From Spironucleus salmonicida (Eukaryota): a stretch of 64,000 nt of DNA. A model generated the notes under the pieces. That model saw only the letters and a program-made list of their open reading frames with translations. It did not search any database and was not told the DNA's origin. The DNA is taken from NCBI RefSeq assembly GCF_000497125.1, contig NC_090602.1, positions 744,001 to 808,000 on the forward strand, read 5' to 3'. Shown here in pieces: positions 39,933 to 52,359 of the stretch. A program made the position numbers and the translations under genes. Each line of letters opens with the position of its first letter. Position 1 is the stretch's first letter.

Positions 39933-40055
39933 GTATTTATTCATTTTTATAATTTTATATTATTATTACTATTAGCCTATTATTATCCGAATAATTTATT
40001 TTCAACCCCTCCCAAATCTGTATATTATTAAATATCATATTGTTTCCCTTCTAAA

Positions 40056-42953
40056 ATGGATTTTGATTTAGACGATCTCGATAACGAATACGAGGAAATG
40101 TACGAGATTTACAAGGAAGAAGAAGACTGCAGAACCGACATAGATCTATTGTAGGAAAGCTACGAGATTTCTTTGGCTGCATTTGAGGAATTTGATAACG
40201 ACCCAATCAGCAAGTTTGCAGAGCAGTACTACTCGGATTTCTTTCTTTTCAGGATCGTGGCACTTCGAAGAGTGCCTGGCATCATCGCCGCCTCCGATCT
40301 GTCAATTTTCCGAAACAAAATCTACTCAATTCTGATACAGACAGCGACTACTTTTACGGACGAATTCGAGTTCTCGGACCGCATTCCGAGCTTCCAGGAG
40401 CTGATTTCGCGGGAAAGCGCGCCTGCGCAGCTCGCCAGCGACCCGGTGGATGCCCAGTTCCTGAATGCGCCGCTACACATCGAGAATCAGCTGCACATCG
40501 AAAAGTGCCTAATCCTGGAGCTGATACCGCAATTTTTTCACTCCATTTTCTACAAATCCCAGGAATTCCAGATTCAGCTCAAAAACGTCCTAGAATTCGT
40601 TTTTCCACTCCTTCTCGCTCTCGTCAAGTCAACCGCCTCCATAAAGTTCATCAGTCGCTGTTACGACATTCTCTTCGATGTGATGGTCGAAATTCGGTCA
40701 AAAACTGAAGGGAACCGCTCCCGATTCGACAAATTCCAGCAAAATCGCTCCCTGCTGCCCAGGAACGTCCAGGAGCTCCTGGGCGAGTTCTACGAGATTT
40801 CGATGCAATATTTCGTTCTTTTTCCGTTCCTTTTCAGCCAAATTGTCAATTTTCGCGTCCAGGGAAGCGCCTGCGCGGCGATAATCAGCGCCCGCGCGCT
40901 CGTGGGGCTGCACGTTTTCGGTGCGGACAGCTACCGCTACCTGCGGGAATCCACGTTCCCTCACGAGGAAAACGCGGACGAGTTTCTGGCCGCTGAGCCC
41001 GAAATCAGTACTGAAAAATACAATATAATACTGCAGATAATCCGAAAATTTCCGCTCCAATTTAACGATTTTTACCTGAAAATTATCGTCAAATTCGCGA
41101 AGTTTCTGCCCTCGAAAACGACGATTCCACTCCTCACGGTGCTCGTGAAGCAGCTCTCGGGGCGGCCCGTGTACACCGAGTTCCTGGTACAAGTCACGCG
41201 CCCGCTCTACACGTTCCAGGGCTCGTTTACGCAGCACTACTACACGCTCATCCAGCACAACAACGAGCAGAGCTGCGAGTTCTCGCTACAGGCGCCGCAT
41301 GTGAACTACAGCAACCAGCAGCTGAACTTGACTGCGCTCTCAGCGATTCTGGAGCGTCAGAATCTCGACTGCAAGTTCCGCAGCATCCAGGACGAGATTG
41401 TGAGCGTTCTCATGAAAAACGACGGCGATTTGAAGCTAAAAATTCCGTTTTTCCTGGCCTCTCTGCTGCGGAACGCGAGCTTCAGCACGAAAATGAACGT
41501 GGGCGAATTCTACTACAAAAAGGTATTTTCGGCTGACAAAAAGCTCGTGCAGCAGTACATCAAGAATCTGGGCATCTTCCTGCAGGTTTTTTCAAATCTG
41601 AACACAGATGATATAATAATCGACAATTTTTAGATCCAGCTCCAGACAGTGTATAAGTTGGTGCAGCTATTTCTCGACCTCTCGGGGCGCGTTTTCGCGT
41701 TCTCCGAGCTCAAAATCCACATAAACGACCACGAGAAGTTCTACGACTTCTTCATCGGGCACAACATCCAGAACCTGCCAAAAATTTGCGGCATTTTCCT
41801 GCAGCTGAAGGCGCTCGAGTTCCGCGTCCTGGGCGCGAGCCAGCTGCTGGGCGCGCAGCAGCTCAGGGAGTACCAGGACGCGCTGGGGAGCTTCCTGCTG
41901 AAGCGCTTCCAGCCCACGTGCCCGCTCAGCCTGCGCTACGCGCTCGCCAAGGAGCTGCTGCGGAGCCCCCAGAACTTCCGAGACGTCCTGGGCGAGGCCA
42001 AGCTCGGAACCCTCTTCGTTAGCGTCCTTTTAGAGCTTGTAAACATAGATTAAATGCCGGCCCTTTTGGCTTAGGAGTAGGAGGCGTCGCTTTGGTCAGC
42101 GATCCAGCCCCGATTTCGCGAGTTCGCCCAGGTTCTACTCCGGACTCAACCGAATTTGACCCGACGCGAATTCGGCTCCGTAGCGATTTCGTGCGGGCAG
42201 TACCGCTCGCGCGTGCTCTACGCGGACGCGTTCCCGCAGCTGCTGTTCAAGTTTGCGGGTTTCGGGGCGTTTCCGGCCGTTTTCGCGTCCGTGGAGCAGA
42301 TCGTTTTGGACCTCCTGCGGGACCCCGTCCGGAAGGTGCGCACCGCCGTCAGCCGCCAGCTGGGGGTCCTCCTGGGCGAAATCGTGGCCCGCGCGTTCGA
42401 TTCCGCGTGCCTCCTGCAGTTCCTGGACCGCCTGCTGAGCGCCTCGCGCTGCACGATCGAAACGCGCTGCCTGGTCGTAAATGTGCTCTATAACGCCGTC
42501 CGCGTCGCTGGCTGCTGCGATTTCGCGTTTCCGCTGCTCTAGCGCCTCTGCAGGTCGCATTTCATCGTCAAAGCGACCGTGGTCAAGTCGCTAGCGTACC
42601 TGGCCCGAAACCGCGTTTTTTGCGTGTTTTCGGGCGAAATTCAGGGGCTGAGGGGGGATTTGGTGGGGAAGAATGTGGAGGATGTGGAGGGGAGGGGGGA
42701 TGTGGAGGTTGGGAAGAATGATGGGAAGAGTGATGGGAACGATGGGAACGATTTGTTGGGGAAAAATGATGGGAAGAGTGATGGGAACGATGGGAAGAAT
42801 GATGGCGTGGGGGAGACCGACCAGGCAATCCTCATGTTCGACGGGTACTATATGCAGGAGCTGGAGCGGTGGTTGGCGGAGGGGGGAGAATAAGGGGAGG
42901 AATAAGAATAAGGAGAATAAGGAGAAGGAGAAGGAGATTTGGTGGTGGAGTGA
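40056..42953 (+). CDS. HEAT-repeat protein (PP4R1/PP2A-A-like phosphatase scaffold candidate), 965 aa
   Basis: Track ORFs 40173, 41649, 42156 and 42579 share one frame; LLRDPVRKVRTAVSRQL; low-complexity GKND and EQ tail. Confidence 0.8.
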
Positions 42954-43644
42954 GGGGAGTGAGTGGGGATGAATGGATGGATGGAGGCAGGTAGGTAGGA
43001 GTTGCGGTTTCTTGGGTTAATTCGGCGTGGATTGTAGTAAATGTGTGTTAGAACGTTTTTAGAAGCATGAGAAACGTGGGATTTGGTATTTTTGAAGCGC
43101 GCGGAGGTAGGTCTGCAGCGGAGGTGAATAAACGCAGAAATCGAAAAACTGAATTTATGAAGTATGCTAATAATACGGTAATAAATGCATTGCCTGGATA
43201 CTCGTAAATGAACACAATCCAGCGCAGCCTATCGCAAATAGCGAATAAGTCTTAGGAAGACTTTCAGACCGAATTGCTGGAGAACAACGCCCTGACTGCG
43301 CACGACATCAACGCCGCAGTAGATCCGGTTAAATGTAAGCACGACGGGGTCTACGTTTCGCACGATAGCCTGGTCATGAACACCACGCACAGGAACACGC
43401 TGATGATGAGCTTCGCGCTGGAGTGAGGTTCGGTATCTCCGCTTGGCACAGCCACATACTGCCCTAAACTCGCAGTGAGCTAAAGTCCCGGCGCAGGAGA
43501 CTGGTGCTAGGCCATGCTCGGCTGCCGCTTTAGGAGTCTTAGTAAGTAGAATGATCGCGAATGGGAAACCTGGGTCTGCTAAATGGTGCAGTGGGCGCAG
43601 CCAAATGGCGGGTAGAGCGCAAGTGAGCATATCGGTATTAAATG
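42560..43644. repeat. Segment directly repeated at 62955..64000 (copy runs off the window end)
   Basis: HEAT 3' end, purine-rich 3' region and 72-aa ORF recur. Confidence 0.95.
43208..43426 (+). CDS. 72-aa microprotein, 'NALTAH' family
   Basis: MNTIQRSLSQIANKSQEDFQTELLENNALTAH...MMSFALE; homologous to 9477. Confidence 0.8.
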
Positions 43645-43950
43645 GAATGGGCGAGTTAACTCGAGTCCGGCGCGGCCTTCGCCAGCTCATGTTCGGCAGC
43701 CCGTGCCAGTGTTGCCTCTCCCGCTGTGTCTAGGGGGCTGGCTGTGCACACCTAGCGGTCGGAGGCGCCGCGAGTCCAGGCAGCCTGTCTTCCGGCTCAC
43801 TGGTGTGCCTGCCGTAGCGGTGCTATCGGCCGTGAATTTATCAGCTCTCCCTAGTTCTCTGCAGTAAGCCGCAACGGCCCGCCCGCCTGCCTGGGCGACT
43901 CGGGCCTTCCATTCCGCGCGATGTTACCCAAATATTATACAATTCTAGTC

Positions 43951-44358
43951 TCACTCCGAAAGGCCCATCTCGACGGCCCGCAGCCGCACCGCCAGCTCCG
44001 TGGTAGCCAGGGCCGCGGCGATCTCGCTGTCCGCCAGCCCATCTGCGCGCAGCAGCCTGAGCTTGTGGTCCTCCTCCGCGGAGAAGGCGTCGTCTCCGAG
44101 GCGGAAGCTCAGCACGCGGCGCCAGTGCTGGGACACCTGGGAGCCGGCGCGCAGGGGGCACCGCGCCTGCGTGGAGACAGCGGCGGCGATGTCGGCCCAG
44201 GGCGTGCAGGGCCTGGCCCGCATGACGCTCGAGAGGGTGGCGTCCTCAGCGGCGGTCCAGGTGGAGGCGCGCATGGGCTTGCTGGCCCTGGGGGCGACCG
44301 CGGTCTTCGCGCAGTAGATAATCCCCGAGATCTGCTCGAGTACCTCGCTAAAATCCAT
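43951..44358 (-). CDS. Myb-like protein with two repeats (135 aa), copy A
   Basis: WTAAED..L...W.DIA....R.GSQVSQHW..VL and FSAEEDHKL. Confidence 0.85.
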   Translation of the reverse strand: MDFSEVLEQISGIIYCAKTAVAPRASKPMRASTWTAAEDATLSSVMRARPCTPWADIAAAVSTQARCPLRAGSQVSQHWRRVLSFRLGDDAFSAEEDHKLRLLRADGLADSEIAAALATTELAVRLRAVEMGLSE

Positions 44359-44813
44359 TTGGTGGAGGGGTGTTTCTAAGTATCTCGGGGCGGGACCCAA
44401 AGAGGAGGTGGGCCCACACTACCGGAGCGGGGTGTTATTCTCTGGGTATTACTGCGAGAAAGGAACAATGCGACGCGGTTTGATTTTAAAAATACTACAA
44501 ATCGTATTGTGGGGGATTCTGGGTAAAAACCGATCGGCCAGTTTCGTAGAAAAAGTGCGGATCTTTAACGTCGTACCCCCTTGTACGCACCATACCGCGG
44601 GTTGCAGCCAGATTGAGTACTAAGGTAATTCTAAATTTAGAATCGCGCAAGTTTACCAGATTCTGCCTACAAGCTCCGCTGAGTAGAAGCGGAGCGTTGG
44701 ATAAAAAACTGCGGCCACACTTATATATCCCGAGGCAAATACTTTCGGAAATGGGAAGAGGCGGCCCAGCGCATGTGAAGCGTACGCATTAAGTCACTCA
44801 CCGCTGACGGGCC

Positions 44814-45119
44814 TCACTGCAGGAGGTCCAGCTGCTGGAAATTGTAGCCGCCCAGCACCGCCTGGTCGAAGGCGATGAGGCGCATCTGCTTGGCGCTGGG
44901 CTCCTGGGGATGCTGCAGCAGGTAGTAGTACTTGTTCTTCACCTGGTTCTGGGTCAGGTGTGGGAAGTGGGTGGACACGTACTACCACCGCTTGTGGTGC
45001 GTTTCAGCTAGCATCAGCAGGCTGGATATCTCGGCATCGCTCCAGGTGTGGCGATCGAACGCGCGACGCTGTCTGGGCTGGCCCTTCTGGGTAGTAGCGG
45101 CTGAGTAATTTCCCAGCAT
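44814..45119 (-). CDS. Single-repeat Myb-like protein (101 aa), copy A
   Basis: RHTWSDAEISSLL...KRWQYVSTHFPHLTQNQVKNKYY. Confidence 0.85.
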
Positions 45120-46573
45120 TTTGAGTAAGGCAGGAAACTTAAAATCTATTTAATTTTTAATATAACTACTATGTAAAAAGTTTAGAAATCTACGAATGCT
45201 TATATTCTTTTTACAATATAGTATTACCTCCAAAGCAAAGACGAATAACTATACACTAAATTTGTAATATGATATCATATTATTACTAAGAATATATTAA
45301 AAATTAAATTTCGTTAAGATGAATAAATGTTCTAATTGTTAATAATTACTAAGATTCATATTCACTACATTACTTTTTATTTACAGATTTTAAGAAAATG
45401 ATATTATATTAATAATTATAACACTTAAGAGATTATATAATACATTATAGTATCCATTTTTACAATACCTATATCTAAGATCACCTTTTTGATTATTTAT
45501 TCTTATTTTAATTAACTGAGTTATATTAATTAAAATTGAAAACTAACTACCATAATAAATATATAGTATTTATTTCATTTATTAACAATAACTGTAAAAT
45601 GTTAAGAACTGATAAGTTTTTATATTTTATAGTATTGTATATATTATATAAATATTGTACTCATGATAAAAAATACCATTACTAGAATACGTTGGACAAG
45701 AATAAATTAATGCTCTTTAGATTAAAAACCATCGCTGATCCTTTACTATATATTATATAAGATCGTTGATGATTTACTTCTAGAGGTCGAAACGTATTTA
45801 ATGAGTACAATTTATAATATGTAGCAAATTTAAATAAATATTTAATTTATTCTTGATTTCTTTCTAATTCTATAAATAAAAAAATATATGATAGGAATAT
45901 AATCATCGTTTTAAAGAACTGCTTAAGTAGTATCTGAACGAGAAGTAAATAAAAATAATAATAAAAAGTTTATCAATATATAAATTCTTGAGATGAAAGT
46001 TTTTACTGATTAGGTAATATTAGAATCATTACTTAAACGTGTATAAATAATTCATAATTGGATTAAAGAAATCATAATTTAAATTTCTAATAATATAGCA
46101 AAGTGTCTTGCTAAAATATAACAATTAGAATGATTTTTAGCTTAAGTTTTTGATATTATAATGTTTTAATCTTTATAGGCTATATAAGATATCTTCAAAA
46201 CGTATTTGACTTTGTTATTAGGTTTAAGTTATCAAAAAACTAACTATAAAATAATCTAGAGATAATAAATAGCTAGTAATTATATGATAATTTTTCGAAT
46301 ATCCTAAAAATTTAATAGCAATTATAATACTGAGCTGAAAATTTAAATTATATCTTGTGCTAACATTATACTAAATAATTCTAGCCATATATATTATCCA
46401 TAATATTTCCTCGAAATCATCGAAAATTAATAAATAAAAATGTATCAATGAATTTTCAAATTTTGATAAACTATAAAGATTCTAGAAATTAAGCCGTTAT
46501 CAAAAAATGTAAATTTGTAATACGAGAATCTAAAAAGATAGTAAAAACTCACAAAATAAAATTTTAAATTTTA

Positions 46574-47869
46574 TCATCCACTGGTAGTGTTGAAAAGTGT
46601 TTCATCGGAGGATTTTTTCTACACTGGATTAAAGCTAAGAAATTAACTATAACTGAATGCCTCATCTTATTTAGCAAATAGATAGCAGCTTTTAAAAATA
46701 TAATCAATATCTACTGCACAAAAATTATAAGAGTTAACAGTGTCTATACCATTAAATAATAAACTTTTATCTTAGAAATACACCTACTATTATTACTTAA
46801 TGCCATATTTTTCTCTAAGAAACTCAATTAAATTTTATGTATAAACTAAATGTGTTATTTCTTTATTGCTAAGTGTAGCAGTAACTCTTCCTCCATGCAA
46901 TATTATACTATGAATTAAAAGATCTGGTCGATCGTTATAACTAGCAGATAATATATACTCACCATTGTATTGTATAAAATATTTATCTTTATTAATGGGA
47001 ACATAAAACGTGCAGTTTTTAAAAATAGATTATCTATACTATTTAAAAAATAATTCTGTGGAATGTAGCTACTAAATATTTTATCTAATAAAAGTAATAA
47101 TATTAACTAAACTAAACAGTTGGTCTTAAAAAATCTATTCCTAAAAAGATGAAAGTTATATGCAAGAAAATTCAATATGAGATTATAAAGGTATAAAACA
47201 CTATGAATTAAATGATCTATACGGTATAGACTTAAGAAAAGCCGCAGAAAATAGTTTGTTGCACCAAGGAAGTGATTAATCATCAAATATTATACTTCTT
47301 TTACGTAATATTTTACTGCCTCTAGCACCGTTCTCTACCATTTTTTTCATACCATGATGTTCTCTTGCAATTATATCAATAATAATCTCTCTATTAGGGT
47401 CAATTATGTCAGCAATTTAAACTGCATAGTTATAAACTGAAAGAGTAGAAATAATAATCTTAACTTATTACTTTACCATATATAAAAATTTAAATAGACC
47501 TGGTCGTATTGCTATATTTAATTCTTAACCATCTATTTAAAGATAAAACTCTTTTTAGGCTGATAAACTTTTATAGTAATCGTTAATAGAGTTTGAGGTT
47601 TTGAATAACTATTTTGCATTTTCGTATGTAAATTAACTAGAATCAGGTTATTTTGCAACTAATATAGTATTATCTAGATCTAAGAATAATAAAATTAGAT
47701 TTTTATTGATAAATTATTATTCTAATAATTATGTTTTTATTTAGTAGTTAGTGTATTTGATATAGATATTTTATGTTAATCTATAAGCGTATTTCAAGGA
47801 ATTATTATCTATAACTGAATTGCAATGCTAGCATATACTTTATCTTGACACCCGAAGGTGTTCGCACAT
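46574..47869 (-). CDS. FCP1: FCP1-like CTD phosphatase (NIF/HAD domain plus BRCT), 431 aa
   Basis: N-terminal CEH..CQHC; FLDLDNT catalytic motif; IRPGLFKFL; YAVQIADIIDP; IFDDQSLPW; BRCT HGGRV..ITHLV..VDIDYIFKSC; absent from the ORF track. Confidence 0.88.
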
Positions 47870-48038
47870 TTAATTAAAAAGGAAAAATGATTTAATAAAA
47901 ATATATTATTTTATAATATGTGAGTAATAAAAATAAAATTTTATATATATATGATTTAATAGACGAAAAGTTGAAATTATTCTATTAACTAGAATAACAT
48001 TCATTTCTCTTTATAATTATGAATAAACCAAACTATAT

Positions 48039-48260
48039 ATTGCCCTCACGCAAGCGGAGCTGGACCTGAAGCTGGAGTGCGTCAGGAACCACAGATCCCA
48101 GATGGGTCAGGCCCTTTACCTGGGTGATGACTTCCGCGCGTTCGACGTCAGAGCAAAGGAGCGGAACGAGGCAACTGCCAGCGCCCTTAGACTGCTCGGC
48201 GTCTTGGAAGACGGGCAGGTCGGCGCTGAATGCTATGTGGGATGCATTGAAATGCCCTGA
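48039..48260 (+). pseudogene. Duplicated 3' fragment of the NagB/PIG-L gene
   Basis: IALTQAELDLK...HRSQMG...EMP*; nearest upstream ATG (48019) is out of frame. Confidence 0.85.
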
Positions 48261-50024
48261 GTGAAGGAATTTTTGCATGCCGACGGTCTGCCATTGCGAG
48301 CCCAGGTCTAGACAAATGGAACATATCACTCAGAAGAAGAAGTCCTCATACTGACTACCCCCTGGGAGGAACTCACATAGGAGTGAGTTCTCAGGAACGT
48401 ACTGCACAGGGATTGGGAGCATTGGCTCTAACATGCGGAGTAAGCGCTTGGCCTGTGGATAGTTGGGAGATATGTGCGGAACCTATCTAAGAAGAGGAAC
48501 GGCAAACACGCGAAGGACAAACTGCTCGTACATAATAGATGAGTTAAAATACACGTCAGCTTTGGTCTGATTGGGGAGAATCCAGATGTCCTCGCCTTCG
48601 CGAACTGCGGGCCAGGAGTCCAGCGTGCTATCGGCAGAGCGCCCGCGGAAGAGGAAATCGCGGCACATTCTACGAAGGAGGCGCGAATCCTGGTGCTCGA
48701 TGGTGCGAAGTTCGTCCCAGGCGAGGGTGCCAATAGGCTAAATAAAAACCCTGAGGCGCATGCTCTGGGGGACCACCTTGGTAATCTCGTCATTGAGAGC
48801 GTGGATACCCTCAACTACCAAAACCCCAGTTGGGGACAACTTCAGCTTCTTTCCATCTCCCGGTTATCCCCTTTTGAAATCGTAGGAGGCCATGATGATC
48901 TCCTCGCCATTAATCAAACCAGCCAAAGTCCTCTAAATACGTGCGATATCCAGGGCATGAAGGTGTTCGAAATCTGGTTTGTCGGTTCCCTTTAGTCTAG
49001 GGGCATTCTCTGGTAGACCGTAAAAATCATCCAGCGATACTCTTACTGGCTCGAAAGAACGACCCCTGAGCATGCATGTCAGCCTATTGGCAAACGTGGT
49101 TTTGCTAGAAGATGACGGTCCAGCAACGAAAATAACTCGCGTTTAAGGCGTAGCTCTCATAGCAACTTCAGAAATCTATCTCTCGTGGTTAAATTCAGCG
49201 AATGCAATAATTTCCTACAAAACCTTAGGCGATGCCGAAAGCTGATTCAGCGATGCCGCTGAGTTGAACCCTATAGTATTTGCTTAGTGAAGATGCAAGT
49301 CCATTATCGCCGCAATTTCTTCCTAAAGTTTAGAGGAATCCCGCAGAGGACATACTTCGGGTTCTTCAAATTACCCATAGTACACTAAGAAACCTTGATG
49401 GAAAGGGACTAGCTTGTAAGTTCCAGCGATTGCATCTGTGTTCGCTAAGAAAGGCTAAAGCCACATTGCAATATAATCATGGTCTCCATATTTAACAGAA
49501 GCGACATCAATGACAGACTTGTTCAAAGTTTATAGTAATTCAACTGTTTAGTTTTGGCTAAACTTTTTAAATTGGATAATGGCATCTTTAAACGAAACAA
49601 CTTCACGGTGAATAGGAATTTTAGCGTCTACAATATCATTCATAAGTTTCTAAATATTTTTAATGTCCTATTTAGAACATGCCATTTCATTATATTAGAA
49701 GTAAAGCGCTTTTCCAATATTATAACGATGTTTCAGCGTTAAACCTGGGTACGCAAGCGTAGATGCCATATGAGTTATGAGACAGATTGTATCCTATAGC
49801 ATAGGCAAAGCGTGTAAATCATCACAATACATAGGTTTTATCGATGAAGAGATATCTAGTTTCTCATTCAGTGATAAAATTTCGTTGTTACTATAGAATG
49901 CAACAATTCTAGGATCTCTAGGTAACACATTATAAGCATGAGTGTTTTAATCTACTTATATGGTTTTTTGCTCGTCTATCAAGTATAGGTCGATTTTTTC
50001 CTTATCATAGATGTCAAAAATTGA
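48039..50024. repeat. Inverted duplication arm A (about 1986 bp; partner 50374..52359; 349 bp spacer)
   Basis: Mirror-image ORFs in the track (coordinate sum 100398); no differences seen. Confidence 0.95.
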
Positions 50025-50243
50025 GTTAAATTATGAATTTTATGAATTTTAGCTAGTAGTAGTACGTCCTATAGTTGTTGCACTCAATATATTTTTCTAT
50101 GAGTATTCATTTATTAACACTTTATTTTAAGTATTTTAATGATCAATCCAAAATGGTTGAATCTCATATTATTTATACATAGCATTAAGTTAACATTTAA
50201 TATCTTGGATTTCATTAAATATTCGTTATTGTGGATTATTCAT
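48330..50243 (-). CDS. Chimeric uridine kinase: 73 unrelated N-terminal codons fused in frame to the duplicated kinase
   Basis: MNNPQQRIFNEIQDIK...SQNSQFN|SIFDIYDKEK; no TGA between ATG 50243 and stop 48330. Confidence 0.7.
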
Positions 50244-50364
50244 TTTTATTTAATACTATTTTGATATAAATATTAAATATTAAATAAACAATATTCATCA
50301 AAATAAATTATTATATAATATTATATATGTATCAGTTTTATAAAACTAAATCTCGGATTTAAAA
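50244..50364. promoter_or_regulatory. AT-rich bidirectional promoter region
   Basis: 121 bp with TATA-like tracts between two divergent AAAAATG starts. Confidence 0.55.
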
Positions 50365-52068
50365 ATGTACTCTTCAATTTTTGACATCTATGATAAGGAA
50401 AAAATCGACCTATACTTGATAGACGAGCAAAAAACCATATAAGTAGATTAAAACACTCATGCTTATAATGTGTTACCTAGAGATCCTAGAATTGTTGCAT
50501 TCTATAGTAACAACGAAATTTTATCACTGAATGAGAAACTAGATATCTCTTCATCGATAAAACCTATGTATTGTGATGATTTACACGCTTTGCCTATGCT
50601 ATAGGATACAATCTGTCTCATAACTCATATGGCATCTACGCTTGCGTACCCAGGTTTAACGCTGAAACATCGTTATAATATTGGAAAAGCGCTTTACTTC
50701 TAATATAATGAAATGGCATGTTCTAAATAGGACATTAAAAATATTTAGAAACTTATGAATGATATTGTAGACGCTAAAATTCCTATTCACCGTGAAGTTG
50801 TTTCGTTTAAAGATGCCATTATCCAATTTAAAAAGTTTAGCCAAAACTAAACAGTTGAATTACTATAAACTTTGAACAAGTCTGTCATTGATGTCGCTTC
50901 TGTTAAATATGGAGACCATGATTATATTGCAATGTGGCTTTAGCCTTTCTTAGCGAACACAGATGCAATCGCTGGAACTTACAAGCTAGTCCCTTTCCAT
51001 CAAGGTTTCTTAGTGTACTATGGGTAATTTGAAGAACCCGAAGTATGTCCTCTGCGGGATTCCTCTAAACTTTAGGAAGAAATTGCGGCGATAATGGACT
51101 TGCATCTTCACTAAGCAAATACTATAGGGTTCAACTCAGCGGCATCGCTGAATCAGCTTTCGGCATCGCCTAAGGTTTTGTAGGAAATTATTGCATTCGC
51201 TGAATTTAACCACGAGAGATAGATTTCTGAAGTTGCTATGAGAGCTACGCCTTAAACGCGAGTTATTTTCGTTGCTGGACCGTCATCTTCTAGCAAAACC
51301 ACGTTTGCCAATAGGCTGACATGCATGCTCAGGGGTCGTTCTTTCGAGCCAGTAAGAGTATCGCTGGATGATTTTTACGGTCTACCAGAGAATGCCCCTA
51401 GACTAAAGGGAACCGACAAACCAGATTTCGAACACCTTCATGCCCTGGATATCGCACGTATTTAGAGGACTTTGGCTGGTTTGATTAATGGCGAGGAGAT
51501 CATCATGGCCTCCTACGATTTCAAAAGGGGATAACCGGGAGATGGAAAGAAGCTGAAGTTGTCCCCAACTGGGGTTTTGGTAGTTGAGGGTATCCACGCT
51601 CTCAATGACGAGATTACCAAGGTGGTCCCCCAGAGCATGCGCCTCAGGGTTTTTATTTAGCCTATTGGCACCCTCGCCTGGGACGAACTTCGCACCATCG
51701 AGCACCAGGATTCGCGCCTCCTTCGTAGAATGTGCCGCGATTTCCTCTTCCGCGGGCGCTCTGCCGATAGCACGCTGGACTCCTGGCCCGCAGTTCGCGA
51801 AGGCGAGGACATCTGGATTCTCCCCAATCAGACCAAAGCTGACGTGTATTTTAACTCATCTATTATGTACGAGCAGTTTGTCCTTCGCGTGTTTGCCGTT
51901 CCTCTTCTTAGATAGGTTCCGCACATATCTCCCAACTATCCACAGGCCAAGCGCTTACTCCGCATGTTAGAGCCAATGCTCCCAATCCCTGTGCAGTACG
52001 TTCCTGAGAACTCACTCCTATGTGAGTTCCTCCCAGGGGGTAGTCAGTATGAGGACTTCTTCTTCTGA
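50365..52068 (+). CDS. Bacterial-type uridine/nucleoside kinase with N-terminal ThrRS-like domains (567 aa)
   Basis: AGPSSSSKTTFANRL, SLDDFY, VEGIHALN, RLLRRMCRD..RG, ADVYFNS, NSLLCEF. Confidence 0.9.
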
Positions 52069-52359
52069 GTGATATGTTCCATTTGTCTAGACCTGGGCTC
52101 GCAATGGCAGACCGTCGGCATGCAAAAATTCCTTCACTCAGGGCATTTCAATGCATCCCACATAGCATTCAGCGCCGACCTGCCCGTCTTCCAAGACGCC
52201 GAGCAGTCTAAGGGCGCTGGCAGTTGCCTCGTTCCGCTCCTTTGCTCTGACGTCGAACGCGCGGAAGTCATCACCCAGGTAAAGGGCCTGACCCATCTGG
52301 GATCTGTGGTTCCTGACGCACTCCAGCTTCAGGTCCAGCTCCGCTTGCGTGAGGGCAAT
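50374..52359. repeat. Inverted duplication arm B (partner 48039..50024)
   Basis: Reverse-complement match. Confidence 0.95.

Larger units (their letters stand above)
43410..45136. repeat. Inverted duplication arm A of the two-Myb cassette (partner 60787..62514)
   Basis: About 1.7 kb near-identical reverse complement, with decayed similarity a further ~60 bp upstream. Confidence 0.95.

Noticed and set aside
42700-42960. Short tandem repeats as a CRISPR array or telomeric repeat
   Set aside because: No unique spacers; they are coding low-complexity GKND/EQ repeats
43229-43690. 153-aa Cys-rich minus-strand ORF and its copies at 62234 and 63585
   Set aside because: Antisense to the conserved 72-aa ORF; one copy is truncated; no recognisable motif
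45663-46133. About 155-codon AT-rich open frame (similar cases at 3-299, 7530-7936 minus and 24520-25100 minus)
   Set aside because: With only one stop codon such frames arise by chance, and no motif supports them
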